A stretch of 64,000 bases of DNA from an uncultured virus (IMG/VR IMGVR_UViG_3300032226_000438) (lineage: Duplodnaviria; Heunggongvirae; Uroviricota; Caudoviricetes; Crassvirales). The stretch lies in IMG/VR virus record IMGVR_UViG_3300032226_000438; one strand, 5' to 3'. The translations under genes and the position numbers were made by a program. Shown here one piece after another: positions 27,255-37,046 of this stretch. The notes beneath the pieces are model-generated. The model was given only the letters and a program-made list of their open reading frames with translations. It had not been told where the DNA came from and ran no database searches. Every line of letters begins with the position of its first letter. The first letter of the stretch is position 1.

Positions 27255-28008
27255 CATTGTAGAACCAACAGATGAACAACTAACCAGTTTGTTACTGTAT
27301 GGATTACCAAAGACTGGTAAATCTACTATACTCGCTGACTTAACTGTCAAAGAAACTAACTCCTTAGTCATTAGTACTGACCCAAAGGGTTATCATTTCT
27401 TAAAAGCTAGAGTAAAACAAGTAGATGATTACAAAGAATTTAATAAGTTATTGGATGAACTGGCTGATTCTAAACTTAAATACCTTATTATCGATACTGT
27501 AACACAGTTAGATATATGGTCTGAGATTGTAGGCACTTATGTGTACATGAAAAGTGTACAAGGTAAATCATTTAATCGTGATGGTAAAGGTAATCCTATA
27601 CTATATGGTGAAGAAGGATTTACTAGTGTATATAACTTAGCTAATGGTGCTGGTTATCAATACTCGAGAGAAGTAATGATGGAATGGTTTAGAAAGTTTC
27701 AGAAAATAGCAGAAAGAATTATTCTTGTAGCTCATGTTAAAGACAAAAGAGTAGAATCTAAGTTGCAAGACATAGTTGATGTAGCTGATATTAATCTTAC
27801 AGGTAAAGTTAAGTCTATATGGTCATCTGTTGTAGATGGTATTGGATTTGTTTATCGTGATAAAGAAGAATGCTACATTAGTTTCGAAGCTAAACAAGAT
27901 GTTATTGCTGGTTGCAGACTAGCTAGACTATCTAATCAGAATGTTATGATTTCTGATAACAAGAGTTTTCATTGGGATAAAATTTATTCAGACATTAAAA
28001 TTAAGTAA
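27247..28008 (+). CDS. AAA ATPase (Sak4/AAA_24-like)
   Basis: YGLPKTGKS, IIDTVT, LVAH, DGIGFVYR. Confidence 0.8.
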   Translation: MFDIVEPTDEQLTSLLLYGLPKTGKSTILADLTVKETNSLVISTDPKGYHFLKARVKQVDDYKEFNKLLDELADSKLKYLIIDTVTQLDIWSEIVGTYVYMKSVQGKSFNRDGKGNPILYGEEGFTSVYNLANGAGYQYSREVMMEWFRKFQKIAERIILVAHVKDKRVESKLQDIVDVADINLTGKVKSIWSSVVDGIGFVYRDKEECYISFEAKQDVIAGCRLARLSNQNVMISDNKSFHWDKIYSDIKIK

Positions 28009-28010
28009 AC

Positions 28011-28553
28011 ATGATTACATTTTCTAATTTCACATTAGAAGGCAAAACAAGAGTAAAAACTGTAACTAAAGACAAGTATCCTAACAGTCCAGTTATTACT
28101 AAACTAGCTATTGAAGAAGGACAGCGTTCTGCTTCTATTCATTTTAATACTAAAGCACAAGAAATACTTGGTGTTGAAATACCTACGCAAGTAGTTATCA
28201 TTAACAATAGTGGTACATTTCTTATTGCTGCATTTGACAAAGTTAAGGAAGTAAATCCTGAACTAGCTCAAGCATTTGAAACTAGAAAGATGGTTTATCG
28301 TTTAGGAATGAATGGTAAAGTATCTTCTAAAGCTATTCATGCAGCATTAAAAGATAATGAGTATGAGTTAGTAATAGAGAATTATGCAGAAGGTATCTTT
28401 AGAATGGAAGTATTACAACAAGAGTATACTCCAGCAATAGAAAGAGTAGAAACAGAATTAGAAACTCTAACAAGTATTCCAAGTGATGATTTGATTACAG
28501 AAGAACCTATTTTTGAACCAGCTAATAATGTAGAAGCTTATGATGAATTTTGA
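28011..28553 (+). CDS. Hypothetical protein with acidic tail
   Basis: ORF in replication operon. Confidence 0.55.
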   Translation: MITFSNFTLEGKTRVKTVTKDKYPNSPVITKLAIEEGQRSASIHFNTKAQEILGVEIPTQVVIINNSGTFLIAAFDKVKEVNPELAQAFETRKMVYRLGMNGKVSSKAIHAALKDNEYELVIENYAEGIFRMEVLQQEYTPAIERVETELETLTSIPSDDLITEEPIFEPANNVEAYDEF

Positions 28554-29292
28554 AGGTAACACGGGAGTGGAAGAGAAGTCCCTATTTACAGGTTTAGCTT
28601 TATGCAAACCTACCTCTGTAAAACTCTCTGATAATGGAGAGTCTTTATGGATTCCATTTAAGTTTGAAGGTGGTGATTTTCTTGTTGGTGTAACAGTTAA
28701 AGATGAAGTAGTAGTATCAAGTACTGGTAGTCATCTTTATATGTCAACAAAAGGAGATTGGCGTTCATTCTATATCAAGGATGAATCCAGTATGTTTGAA
28801 ATCAAGAACTCTAATGGCAGAGATTGGTCATTCTTTACTAAAGAGAATGAACCAGTTAAAGCTAGAATTGGTGAGATTGATTGGTATGAATTCTTACGTC
28901 AGTTATTATCTTATCAGTCTAATCAAGAGACATTCTTGAAAGATATGAAAGCTAATAAGCTAGACTTTGATTCAGTATTAAAAGGTAAATCTGATTTCGC
29001 ATCATTGATTGACCATGTTAATGCTAGTAATTGTCACATTGTATTACCTCTAGTAGTTAGAGAGAAAGCTGATGGTACTCTAGCACAGAGTTCACTATTC
29101 AGATACATCTATCGCTCGGAAGTAAACAATGGTAATCTTATTGTTCCACAGAAAGCTATTACTTCATTCCAACGTCAAGTAGAGAATGCTGAGAAAGCTG
29201 GTAACAAGATTACTAACAGTTTCTTTAGTATTAAATACCAAGAATACACTCCGTTGCAATCAACAGAAACAACTGACACACCTGATTGGTAA
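28540..29292 (+). CDS. Putative ssDNA-binding protein
   Basis: LFTG...P N-terminus, acidic tail ending DTPDW, position before primase. Confidence 0.45.
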   Translation: MMNFEGNTGVEEKSLFTGLALCKPTSVKLSDNGESLWIPFKFEGGDFLVGVTVKDEVVVSSTGSHLYMSTKGDWRSFYIKDESSMFEIKNSNGRDWSFFTKENEPVKARIGEIDWYEFLRQLLSYQSNQETFLKDMKANKLDFDSVLKGKSDFASLIDHVNASNCHIVLPLVVREKADGTLAQSSLFRYIYRSEVNNGNLIVPQKAITSFQRQVENAEKAGNKITNSFFSIKYQEYTPLQSTETTDTPDW

Positions 29293-29303
29293 ACTTATTC
29301 ACT

Positions 29304-29335
29304 AGAAAGCGTTACATTGTGTGACGCTTTCTTTT
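29304..29335 (+). terminator. Intrinsic terminator
   Basis: AGAAAGCGTTACA/TGTGACGCTTTCT plus TTT. Confidence 0.7.
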
Positions 29336-29348
29336 ATAAATTCCAATT

Positions 29349-30314
29349 ATGAAACTCAATGGTATTGTAGCATCTGAAAGTTACGATGTTTACAGCAAAA
29401 TAGACCAAATGAAAGTATGGCAGTCACTACTAGGTACAACTGTTACACTTAATGCAAGAATGGTTAATACACTAAGACATGATACTAAACCTGGTTGTTG
29501 GTTATATGAACATGATAATGTTATATTACTAGCTGACTTTGCTGATGCTAGATTTCATGGTATAACATGTGTAACTGCTGTAATGATTAAATATCATTGC
29601 GATTATACTAGAGCATTAGAAATAATCAAACAAGATTTTAGTTATACAAACCAAAAGTTAGCATTATCAAATAAGTCAACTAAAGAATTTAATTTCCAAT
29701 TATCGTTTAACAAAGGTTCATGGAATCAACGTCACAAAGACTATTGGTCTGAGTATGGCATATCTAAATCACAATTAGAATTAGAAAATTGTTACGCTGT
29801 AAGTTCTTATTCGTTTAATACACATTCATGTCCTGATTTCTTACAGAAAGTAAAAGTTTATGATGAAACTACAGCTATTGTTGTAGATAGTAAGATTAAG
29901 ATATACAAACCAAATACTCATTTTAAGTTCCTAAGTAACTTTACCGAGAATACTATCGGTGGTACAAACAAGATTACAGATACTGTTATCATTACTAAAT
30001 CAGCTAAAGACTATATGGTACTCGATAACTTAGGTTATAGTAGTAGATTTATTCATTCAGAGACATCTAATCCTGATTTGACTCGATTTATGGAATACAA
30101 TAGAGTTTATGTGTTGATGGATAATGATACTACAGGACTTAATGCTTGTAAAAGATTATCTTCTAACAATCATTTTATAGGTATATCTATTCCTGAAGGA
30201 TTTCCAAAAGATATATCTGATTTCTACAAAACGTATGGTCACACAGAAACAAGACACCTCATACGTCAGCTCATACCCAAAAGTAGTTCACAATTCCTAC
30301 TATCCACTATTTGA
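29349..30314 (+). CDS. DnaG-like TOPRIM primase
   Basis: LRHDTKPGC, ITKSAKD, MDNDTTG, KDISDF. Confidence 0.8.
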   Translation: MKLNGIVASESYDVYSKIDQMKVWQSLLGTTVTLNARMVNTLRHDTKPGCWLYEHDNVILLADFADARFHGITCVTAVMIKYHCDYTRALEIIKQDFSYTNQKLALSNKSTKEFNFQLSFNKGSWNQRHKDYWSEYGISKSQLELENCYAVSSYSFNTHSCPDFLQKVKVYDETTAIVVDSKIKIYKPNTHFKFLSNFTENTIGGTNKITDTVIITKSAKDYMVLDNLGYSSRFIHSETSNPDLTRFMEYNRVYVLMDNDTTGLNACKRLSSNNHFIGISIPEGFPKDISDFYKTYGHTETRHLIRQLIPKSSSQFLLSTI

Positions 30315-30888
30315 CAGTATAGATTTAACATCTATAAAGAATAGTCTTAGTAGAGTATCATATTATCCTGAAACAAAGAATATATTTAGAGCATTAAACC
30401 ACTCCATCTATGATGTTAGAGTGGTTTTTGTATTTCTATCTCCTTATCAGAATAATTATGCTAATGGGTTAGCTACTTCAAGTATGATTATGACACCAAC
30501 TCTTTCAGTAATAGAACAGAGTTTACAAGAATACCTCGATGATTACTCATTTAATCTACAGAAAGATTTACTACATTGGGAATCACAAGGTATATTACTA
30601 CTGAATACAGCATTAACAGTTCCAAAGAATGGTTCTCCAACATCACATGTCAAGTTATGGACACCATTTACTAAAGCATTAGTAAAATACTTAGATGATA
30701 CAGTAAGACCACTATTTGTATTCTTTGGTAATGATGCACAAAGCTTTCATCCATTAGTACACAATGGTTTATGTACTATTCATCCAGTTGCTAAGAAGTA
30801 TAATCCTGATTTAGAAATCAATACTTCAATATGGAAAGCTGTTGATGCTCATTGTTTATATCAAAATAATGAGAAGATAAAATGGTAA
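30235..30888 (+). CDS. ung: Uracil-DNA glycosylase family protein with degenerate active site
   Basis: YP...IFRAL, W.SQGILLLNTALTV, SH..LW, HP; canonical GQDPY reads FLSPY. Confidence 0.75.
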   Translation: MVTQKQDTSYVSSYPKVVHNSYYPLFDSIDLTSIKNSLSRVSYYPETKNIFRALNHSIYDVRVVFVFLSPYQNNYANGLATSSMIMTPTLSVIEQSLQEYLDDYSFNLQKDLLHWESQGILLLNTALTVPKNGSPTSHVKLWTPFTKALVKYLDDTVRPLFVFFGNDAQSFHPLVHNGLCTIHPVAKKYNPDLEINTSIWKAVDAHCLYQNNEKIKW

Positions 30889-31078
30889 CTTTTAAAGAAT
30901 CGTTTACTACTGGTCATTTAAGATACAATAGTAAAATGATATTAGGCGCATACTCTAATCTAGTATGCAAACTTATGTATGATAATACTAAAGGTCAAGG
31001 TAATAAAGACTATTACTATATCTACATATTATCCACAACAACAAATCCTTTTTTATTTACTTTTAAAACAATTTAAAG

Positions 31079-31648
31079 ATGAAAATCTTAATCACTTCCA
31101 CATTGTCTAACAATGTAACCATTCACGAATTTAACGGAAAAAAGATTTCTGACTTGCGTGAGTATTTGATAGAAAATAACTTATTTGAAGAAGGTATGGC
31201 TATCAATGGTAATACTGATTTGAGCAACCCTAACAATGACATACCTGATAACTTGAAGGTTGTTACTGTTACTCCAGCTAAATCTAGTGCTGCTAAGATT
31301 GACTTTTCAAATATGTCATACAATGATTTGAAGAGTATAGCTAAAGAATACAGAGTTGAAGCTGTAGAGAATGATGATGAAACACTACTGGATATTGTTC
31401 ATAGCAAATACATGAGTATTCCTAAGAATGATTTGATTGTAATGCTTACTAATGCTTTTGAATACTTAAATCCTGCTACTGCTACATCGTTAGTATCTGA
31501 TGACCAAGTATCTAAATTGAGTGAAGTCATTGATAAGTTAGAAGAAAGAGTGTTTGAGATAGAATACAGTTTACAATTACTAACTGATGTGAATAAGTTG
31601 AGATTCTTAAACAGATTGAAGAAAGATTATCCACATTTGGTGAAGTAA
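31079..31648 (+). CDS. Ubiquitin-like (beta-grasp) N-terminal domain plus helical/coiled-coil C-terminus
   Basis: About 70-aa beta-beta-alpha-beta N-terminus ending VTVTPAKSSA; first gene of E2/JAB/E1 cluster. Confidence 0.45.
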   Translation: MKILITSTLSNNVTIHEFNGKKISDLREYLIENNLFEEGMAINGNTDLSNPNNDIPDNLKVVTVTPAKSSAAKIDFSNMSYNDLKSIAKEYRVEAVENDDETLLDIVHSKYMSIPKNDLIVMLTNAFEYLNPATATSLVSDDQVSKLSEVIDKLEERVFEIEYSLQLLTDVNKLRFLNRLKKDYPHLVK

Positions 31649-31661
31649 TTATTTAAGGATG

Positions 31662-31690
31662 GGGAGTAGTGTAAAAAGCTACTCCCTTTT
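31662..31690 (+). terminator. Intrinsic terminator/attenuator after Ubl gene
   Basis: GGGAGTAG/CTACTCCC plus TTTT. Confidence 0.7.
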
Positions 31691-31702
31691 AAACTATTAA
31701 TC

Positions 31703-32572
31703 ATGATTACTAAAGATGAAGTAATATTTCATAAAGATTTTGAGATGTTAGAGGAATACTTAGAATCTATGTATCCTAATAGATATGAATTTAAAGAAAA
31801 TGAATTACTTATCTATTATCCTGAAGTAACTATCAAGAATCTTGTTGGTCAGACGTATAATATGTACAATATTTTTATTCATTATGGGTATAATACTAAC
31901 ATTTTTGCTTTTACTAAGTTGCATTATACAGTATTAGATTATATGAATCAAACACATAATACTTTTACACATCCACATCAATCCAGAGGTACAATACCAT
32001 TTAAGTCACAAAGCTATTGTTATGGTAAACTTAACATACAATATGCTTTTAATGATATTAAAAGTGTTATTGCAGTTATCAATGTTGTTGACTTTTGGTT
32101 ACATAATGAAAACTCATCAGATTGTTATACACCTATTGCTTCACTATTTCATAATGAAGGTGAAGATTCATTAGCAAGTCTTTCATTCAATGAAAATCTA
32201 AGAAGTGAATTAGAAGAGTATATGGTTGTAGATAAAACTATTAAGAGTACTATATTCGGTGATTTGGTTAACATTGAATGGAATACTGATGAAGCTATTA
32301 TAGGTATGTTAAGAGATACTGTACTGGAAAAGAGATTAAACTGCGCACAAAACTTAAGAAACATTCTTGATACTTATCAAAACGCTACTGTAAATTTTAA
32401 AGACAAAGATTATTACATTACTGTAGAAGGTTTTAATGCTGAACGTATTAAAACTAATACTAAATCAAACATAAATGAAAACGTTGCACAACAACTCAAG
32501 CAAATGGCAACAGCCATCACAAACACAAGCACTTTCTTACCAAACCTTGAACGGTATTACTTTAATTGTTAA
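31703..32572 (+). CDS. Prokaryotic E2-like protein
   Basis: FTHPH followed by YCYG (HP..C arrangement of E2 folds); gene context. Confidence 0.5.
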   Translation: MITKDEVIFHKDFEMLEEYLESMYPNRYEFKENELLIYYPEVTIKNLVGQTYNMYNIFIHYGYNTNIFAFTKLHYTVLDYMNQTHNTFTHPHQSRGTIPFKSQSYCYGKLNIQYAFNDIKSVIAVINVVDFWLHNENSSDCYTPIASLFHNEGEDSLASLSFNENLRSELEEYMVVDKTIKSTIFGDLVNIEWNTDEAIIGMLRDTVLEKRLNCAQNLRNILDTYQNATVNFKDKDYYITVEGFNAERIKTNTKSNINENVAQQLKQMATAITNTSTFLPNLERYYFNC

Positions 32573-33473
32573 TGATGATACTATTAAGAAAATAATAGCA
32601 GCTAATGAAGCTACTGGTAAGAAAGCAGAATGGATTGGTATATTATTCTACAAGAAGATTGATAACAAAACACTAGAAACTGTAGATATATGTTACATGG
32701 GTAAAGGTCCAGAAAATAGTATGGTTGCTAATATTGACTATACTGAATTTCCTGAATTATCTAGTGTATTATCCAACTATGTTATGAATAATGCTGAAAA
32801 ACTTATAGATTGTTATCAAGGATTAATTCATAGTCATATTGATATGGCTACTAGTCCATCAGGAACAGATTTATCAGAACTAATGGCTAATAACTCTAAC
32901 TACAATGGTACTTATCTAAGTGTTATCTGTAATCATAGATTAGAATTTACATCATTATTAAGTGTAGAAGAAGAACAACCAAAGAAAGTTAACAACTACA
33001 AATGGTTTGGTGAAATAGTTACTAGAGAAATAGAAGCTGAAAAGAATATTAATATCTATGCTATTAAGACTCAATTCACTAATATTGAATATCCTGATAT
33101 TACTGAAGCATTAGAAGTAGTAAATAAAGCTAGAGCATTTAAGTTAAAAGCTAATTCTCAAACTTCACTATGGAATAATAAATCATGGAATACTAAGAGT
33201 TGGAATAATAGGTCATGGGATGATGGTAATGTTAGTTATTTAGATGAGTTAAATAACTATTTTGGATTTGATAAAACTACTTATGCTGAAAGAATTAAAA
33301 TTCTTAATGAATACAGTAAGAAAGGATTTAGTGTAGATGCTTTTATTGAATCTATTGACCCATTTAATGCTAATGAAGTACTTAGAGAGTTGAATAGATT
33401 CTCACATACACAGTTTTATAAAGACCTGAAATCTTATATTGACATTTTTAAATTAAGTTACAATGAGCTTTGA
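32475..33473 (+). CDS. JAB/MPN metalloprotease
   Basis: EWIGILFY...GLIHSHIDMATSPSGTD (E, HxH, S..D). Confidence 0.8.
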   Translation: MKTLHNNSSKWQQPSQTQALSYQTLNGITLIVNDDTIKKIIAANEATGKKAEWIGILFYKKIDNKTLETVDICYMGKGPENSMVANIDYTEFPELSSVLSNYVMNNAEKLIDCYQGLIHSHIDMATSPSGTDLSELMANNSNYNGTYLSVICNHRLEFTSLLSVEEEQPKKVNNYKWFGEIVTREIEAEKNINIYAIKTQFTNIEYPDITEALEVVNKARAFKLKANSQTSLWNNKSWNTKSWNNRSWDDGNVSYLDELNNYFGFDKTTYAERIKILNEYSKKGFSVDAFIESIDPFNANEVLRELNRFSHTQFYKDLKSYIDIFKLSYNEL

Positions 33474-34116
33474 TAAAAGATATAAATCAGCTATATGGGC
33501 TGATTATAAATTACCTATTACTATAGTAGGTCTCGGTGGTGTAGGTAAAGGTGTTGCTGTAAATCTTGCATTAAATGGACATAGTTTAGAAGTCTATGAT
33601 GGAGATACAGTAGAATTACACAACTGCATACCACAAGGTTACTATCCTACACAAATAGGAATGAAGAAAACTTTAGCTTTAAAGCAAGAGTTAGATTTCT
33701 ATCCTAGTAATGTAATTTATAATGGTATATATTGGGAAGACCATTGTGATTTAAATAGTAATGTAATTGCTTGTCCTGATAAAATGAATGTTAGAGTTGA
33801 TATGTTTAATGAATGGTTTCATAGAGAGCAGATTAATGATAATTTCTTCATAGACATTAGAATGTTAGCAGAATACTTTGAGATTTATTTCATTACTAGC
33901 GACAAACGTCATGAACTAGAGAAAGAGTATAGAGCTAAAGGTTTATCTGATGAAGAACCAGCACCAGTAAATTGTACATTTACACAAACCAGATATGTAG
34001 CTAATATGTGTCATGGTAAAGTAGTAGAATTAATCAACAAACATATTGTTAACGTAAAAACTAATATTACAGTATATGACATTCCACTATATACAAGGTA
34101 TGATGCCAACATCTAA
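33463..34116 (+). CDS. ThiF/E1-like adenylyltransferase
   Basis: IVGLGGVG, YDGDTVELHN, K, CPD, DIRM, PVNC. Confidence 0.85.
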   Translation: MSFDKRYKSAIWADYKLPITIVGLGGVGKGVAVNLALNGHSLEVYDGDTVELHNCIPQGYYPTQIGMKKTLALKQELDFYPSNVIYNGIYWEDHCDLNSNVIACPDKMNVRVDMFNEWFHREQINDNFFIDIRMLAEYFEIYFITSDKRHELEKEYRAKGLSDEEPAPVNCTFTQTRYVANMCHGKVVELINKHIVNVKTNITVYDIPLYTRYDANI

Positions 34117-34576
34117 TACGATGTTTAATTCAAAGAGACAAGATGTTCTTTCTAATACTTATGAAGGTGTTGGTCATTGTCGTATTTCAGATAATTTTAT
34201 CAAACAAGCTGTTCAAGGTACTTTAGAATCTAAAAAACATATAACATTAAGTGAGGATTATGAGTTAATAACTACTCAAACTAGAAGATATACTTATAGT
34301 TATGATATTCTTGTTATTAATAAACACACTAATGATATTGTTATACTATTACAGTATGGTAAGATATTCTTATTCGATTGTCCTGATGATATATGGTTAC
34401 TATTTCAAGCTATATTAGAAGCTACAGTAGAAATTAGTAGTTTTACATATACAGTATTATCTAAAGAATATGTAGAAGAACAAAGATTTTCTTTATCAAA
34501 ATTACATAATTCAGATATAGCTGGTTATATTGTGCAAACATTGGTAAACGATGGTGTACTAAAACTAGCAGTATGA
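34076..34576 (+). CDS. Hypothetical protein
   Basis: ORF in operon. Confidence 0.5.
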   Translation: MTFHYIQGMMPTSNTMFNSKRQDVLSNTYEGVGHCRISDNFIKQAVQGTLESKKHITLSEDYELITTQTRRYTYSYDILVINKHTNDIVILLQYGKIFLFDCPDDIWLLFQAILEATVEISSFTYTVLSKEYVEEQRFSLSKLHNSDIAGYIVQTLVNDGVLKLAV

Positions 34577-34998
34577 TAAAGAATAAGAGACAAGGAGATA
34601 AATGGAATTATGATGTTATTAGATTTCTAGCTGATATATTTAAGTTAGAAGCCTTTAACAATAAGAATCATAAGACTTATGAAATCTCTACTACAAAGAA
34701 CACTCCGTTAGATGGGGAAGGGATTGATATATTCTATAGAGATACTGTTCAAAACTATATTCAACGTCTTAAAGTACAATGTAAAAAGACAATGATTAAA
34801 GGGAAGAATAGTATCTCTATAGATATTTCTTCATTACTAACTATGCGTATTAAACCTGGAGAAATACCATTATTATTTACTAGAATGACTAAGAAAGTTA
34901 CTGTAAAAGAACAAGTATTAGATGAATTAGTAATTATGCGCATGGAAGATTTTAAATTATTTCTAAATGAATATGTTAAATCTCATCAAAGACTATAG
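34573..34998 (+). CDS. PD-(D/E)XK nuclease, Holliday junction resolvase-like
   Basis: NKRQG, DGEGIDI, VQCKKT. Confidence 0.55.
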   Translation: MIKNKRQGDKWNYDVIRFLADIFKLEAFNNKNHKTYEISTTKNTPLDGEGIDIFYRDTVQNYIQRLKVQCKKTMIKGKNSISIDISSLLTMRIKPGEIPLLFTRMTKKVTVKEQVLDELVIMRMEDFKLFLNEYVKSHQRL

Positions 34999-35947
34999 AC
35001 AACATGATGCGTTGCACTATAGCAAATTATCAGCATTATCTAAAGGTTATGGTACTTATGTAAACAAAAAGTATTGGGTTGACCAGTTTGCTATGAATCA
35101 TGGTAATGCTTTCGAGTGTTTACTAACTTATCCTGAACACTTTGATACTATGTTCTACATTAGTAATGAAGATAACTACACTAGAGGTTCAGCTAAATCT
35201 GTTGTTAAGTTAGTATTTGATACACTAGAATCCTATCTACCATTAGAATCACTAAAAGAACCATTACTAGCAGCTGCAAGTCAAGAAGGTTATGGTGGTA
35301 GTTGGAAAGAAGATACAGTATGGAACAACTTATTAAAATTAGAAGTATTTTATGAAGATTTATGGAAAGCTAGAGGAAAAACTATTATTAGTAGAGTTGA
35401 TTATGAAAGAATACTACACCAAGTTAGTATGGTTTCTTCACATCCATTTACATCTCATATTGTTAAGTCATGGACTGGTTTCCAAGTGCCTAACTATTTT
35501 AGTTACAATGGTATAGAAGCTAAAAGATTATATGATGCTGTATCAGAAACTGGATTGTATGATATTAAGTACACTAATGGTAGTGTTAAAGATTTTAATT
35601 TTAGTTTAAGAAAGTTTAGATACGATATACAAGCTGCATGGTATAGTTATCATCAGGATTTTCCTCTACAATTCTTAGTAGTTAGTCATGTTACTAATGA
35701 ACCACCTCTACTATATACTTTATCTCTTAAAGACTTAACAGTTGCGTATGAAGGTATTCCTAAAAATTCAATTACTAATGAGTATATTGAAGACATGAAA
35801 GTTCCTGGTATTAAACAGATTATTAACAATTATAATTGGCATTTATCTAATCCTGATGTTGATGTTGATAGGGGTATCTTTATTAATAACGGAAGATTAA
35901 CTACCAATGCGTATGACACCATTTACTATCCCAACCTTGTCGATTGA
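34967..35947 (+). CDS. PD-(D/E)XK exonuclease (RecE/ExoVIII-like)
   Basis: LHYSKL, HGNAFE, YDIKYT, RYDIQAAWY. Confidence 0.7.
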   Translation: MNMLNLIKDYRQHDALHYSKLSALSKGYGTYVNKKYWVDQFAMNHGNAFECLLTYPEHFDTMFYISNEDNYTRGSAKSVVKLVFDTLESYLPLESLKEPLLAAASQEGYGGSWKEDTVWNNLLKLEVFYEDLWKARGKTIISRVDYERILHQVSMVSSHPFTSHIVKSWTGFQVPNYFSYNGIEAKRLYDAVSETGLYDIKYTNGSVKDFNFSLRKFRYDIQAAWYSYHQDFPLQFLVVSHVTNEPPLLYTLSLKDLTVAYEGIPKNSITNEYIEDMKVPGIKQIINNYNWHLSNPDVDVDRGIFINNGRLTTNAYDTIYYPNLVD

Positions 35948-36485
35948 TTTATTTAATAATCCAAAAGAACCTGTGTTGGTGTTTAACAGAACTAGACTAT
36001 ATCTAGCACATTCACTAAAAGCTTACGACCCAAAGCTGGGTTTCATGTTAAAAGGATTGAACATGAATTTTTGTTTAGGTATAGATGAAGTATGCCCATA
36101 CAAAATATTTATGCTAATCGACAAAAGATTCAGCGATGTATCAATGCTAGAGCAAACTACTAAAATGTTGTATGAACGTAATATCTTAAAGAGTTATTAT
36201 CCATTCATTAACAATGACTTAGTAGTACTGGAGTTTGATATTCATGATAATCATAAACATGCTTATGATATGTTTATGCAAAGTAGATACTCTGAAATGT
36301 ATCAACCAGATGAATTATTTAACTTCTTTCTCTATGCACCAAATAATGACTATCAACATTATGGTGCTAAAGTATTGAGTAAGGCACAAGCATTGAAAGA
36401 AGAGTTATCTAATTTCTATGACTGTGAAATTGATGGTGAATTAGATTCAATGATTAACTTAAAAAATGAAATTTTATCGCTATGA
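35907..36485 (+). CDS. Hypothetical protein
   Basis: YDMFMQSRYSEMY motif; follows the exonuclease. Confidence 0.55.
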   Translation: MRMTPFTIPTLSIDLFNNPKEPVLVFNRTRLYLAHSLKAYDPKLGFMLKGLNMNFCLGIDEVCPYKIFMLIDKRFSDVSMLEQTTKMLYERNILKSYYPFINNDLVVLEFDIHDNHKHAYDMFMQSRYSEMYQPDELFNFFLYAPNNDYQHYGAKVLSKAQALKEELSNFYDCEIDGELDSMINLKNEILSL

Positions 36486-36919
36486 TGGAAAAACTAGTTA
36501 GAGAATGGTCCAATAGATTTGGACTAAAAGTTAGAGAGAATTATGATGCTAACGTATCATGGGAAGAAAAACTGTATGCTGCAAGATTGATTGACGAAGA
36601 ATACAAAGAACTTACTGTTGCTATTGCTGAAGATAACAATCCTGATATTGTTGAAGAAGCTGTAGATTTAATATGGGTTACTTTAAGATTACTACAAACA
36701 ATGGGAGTAGATGCTGATGAAGCATTGAAACTAAAGTTTGAAGCGAACATGACTAAAGGTTTTACAAGTCTTGATGCAGTAACTAAAGAAGCTGTTGAAA
36801 AGAAATGTATAGTTGATAGTCCTTCTAATGGATTCTTTGTGCTAAAACATCGTGAAACTGGTAAAATACAAAAGCCTAATCATTATGTTAAACCTAATTT
36901 CAAAACTAAATATCCGTAA
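36482..36919 (+). CDS. MazG/PRA-PH-like NTP pyrophosphohydrolase
   Basis: LIDEEYKEL, EEAVDLIWV, ANMTK, GKIQKP. Confidence 0.8.
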   Translation: MMEKLVREWSNRFGLKVRENYDANVSWEEKLYAARLIDEEYKELTVAIAEDNNPDIVEEAVDLIWVTLRLLQTMGVDADEALKLKFEANMTKGFTSLDAVTKEAVEKKCIVDSPSNGFFVLKHRETGKIQKPNHYVKPNFKTKYP

Positions 36920-37004
36920 GCGTTATGAAAAGACGAACATTGAGATTCCGTGTTAATACATGGAAGATGTATGATGTGTGGGTTAGTTTACAATAGTTAA
37001 TATG

Positions 37005-37031
37005 GAGAGAGGTGTCTAGTACATCTCTCTC
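37005..37031 (+). other. Strong hairpin
   Basis: GAGAGAGGTGT-CTAGT-ACATCTCTCTC. Confidence 0.5.
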
Positions 37032-37046
37032 TATTAAAATAATACT

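Noticed and set aside
33165..33225. (S/L)WN(N/T)(K/R) tandem repeat as a DNA repeat element
   Set aside because: It is a short low-complexity peptide repeat in the JAB protein linker.
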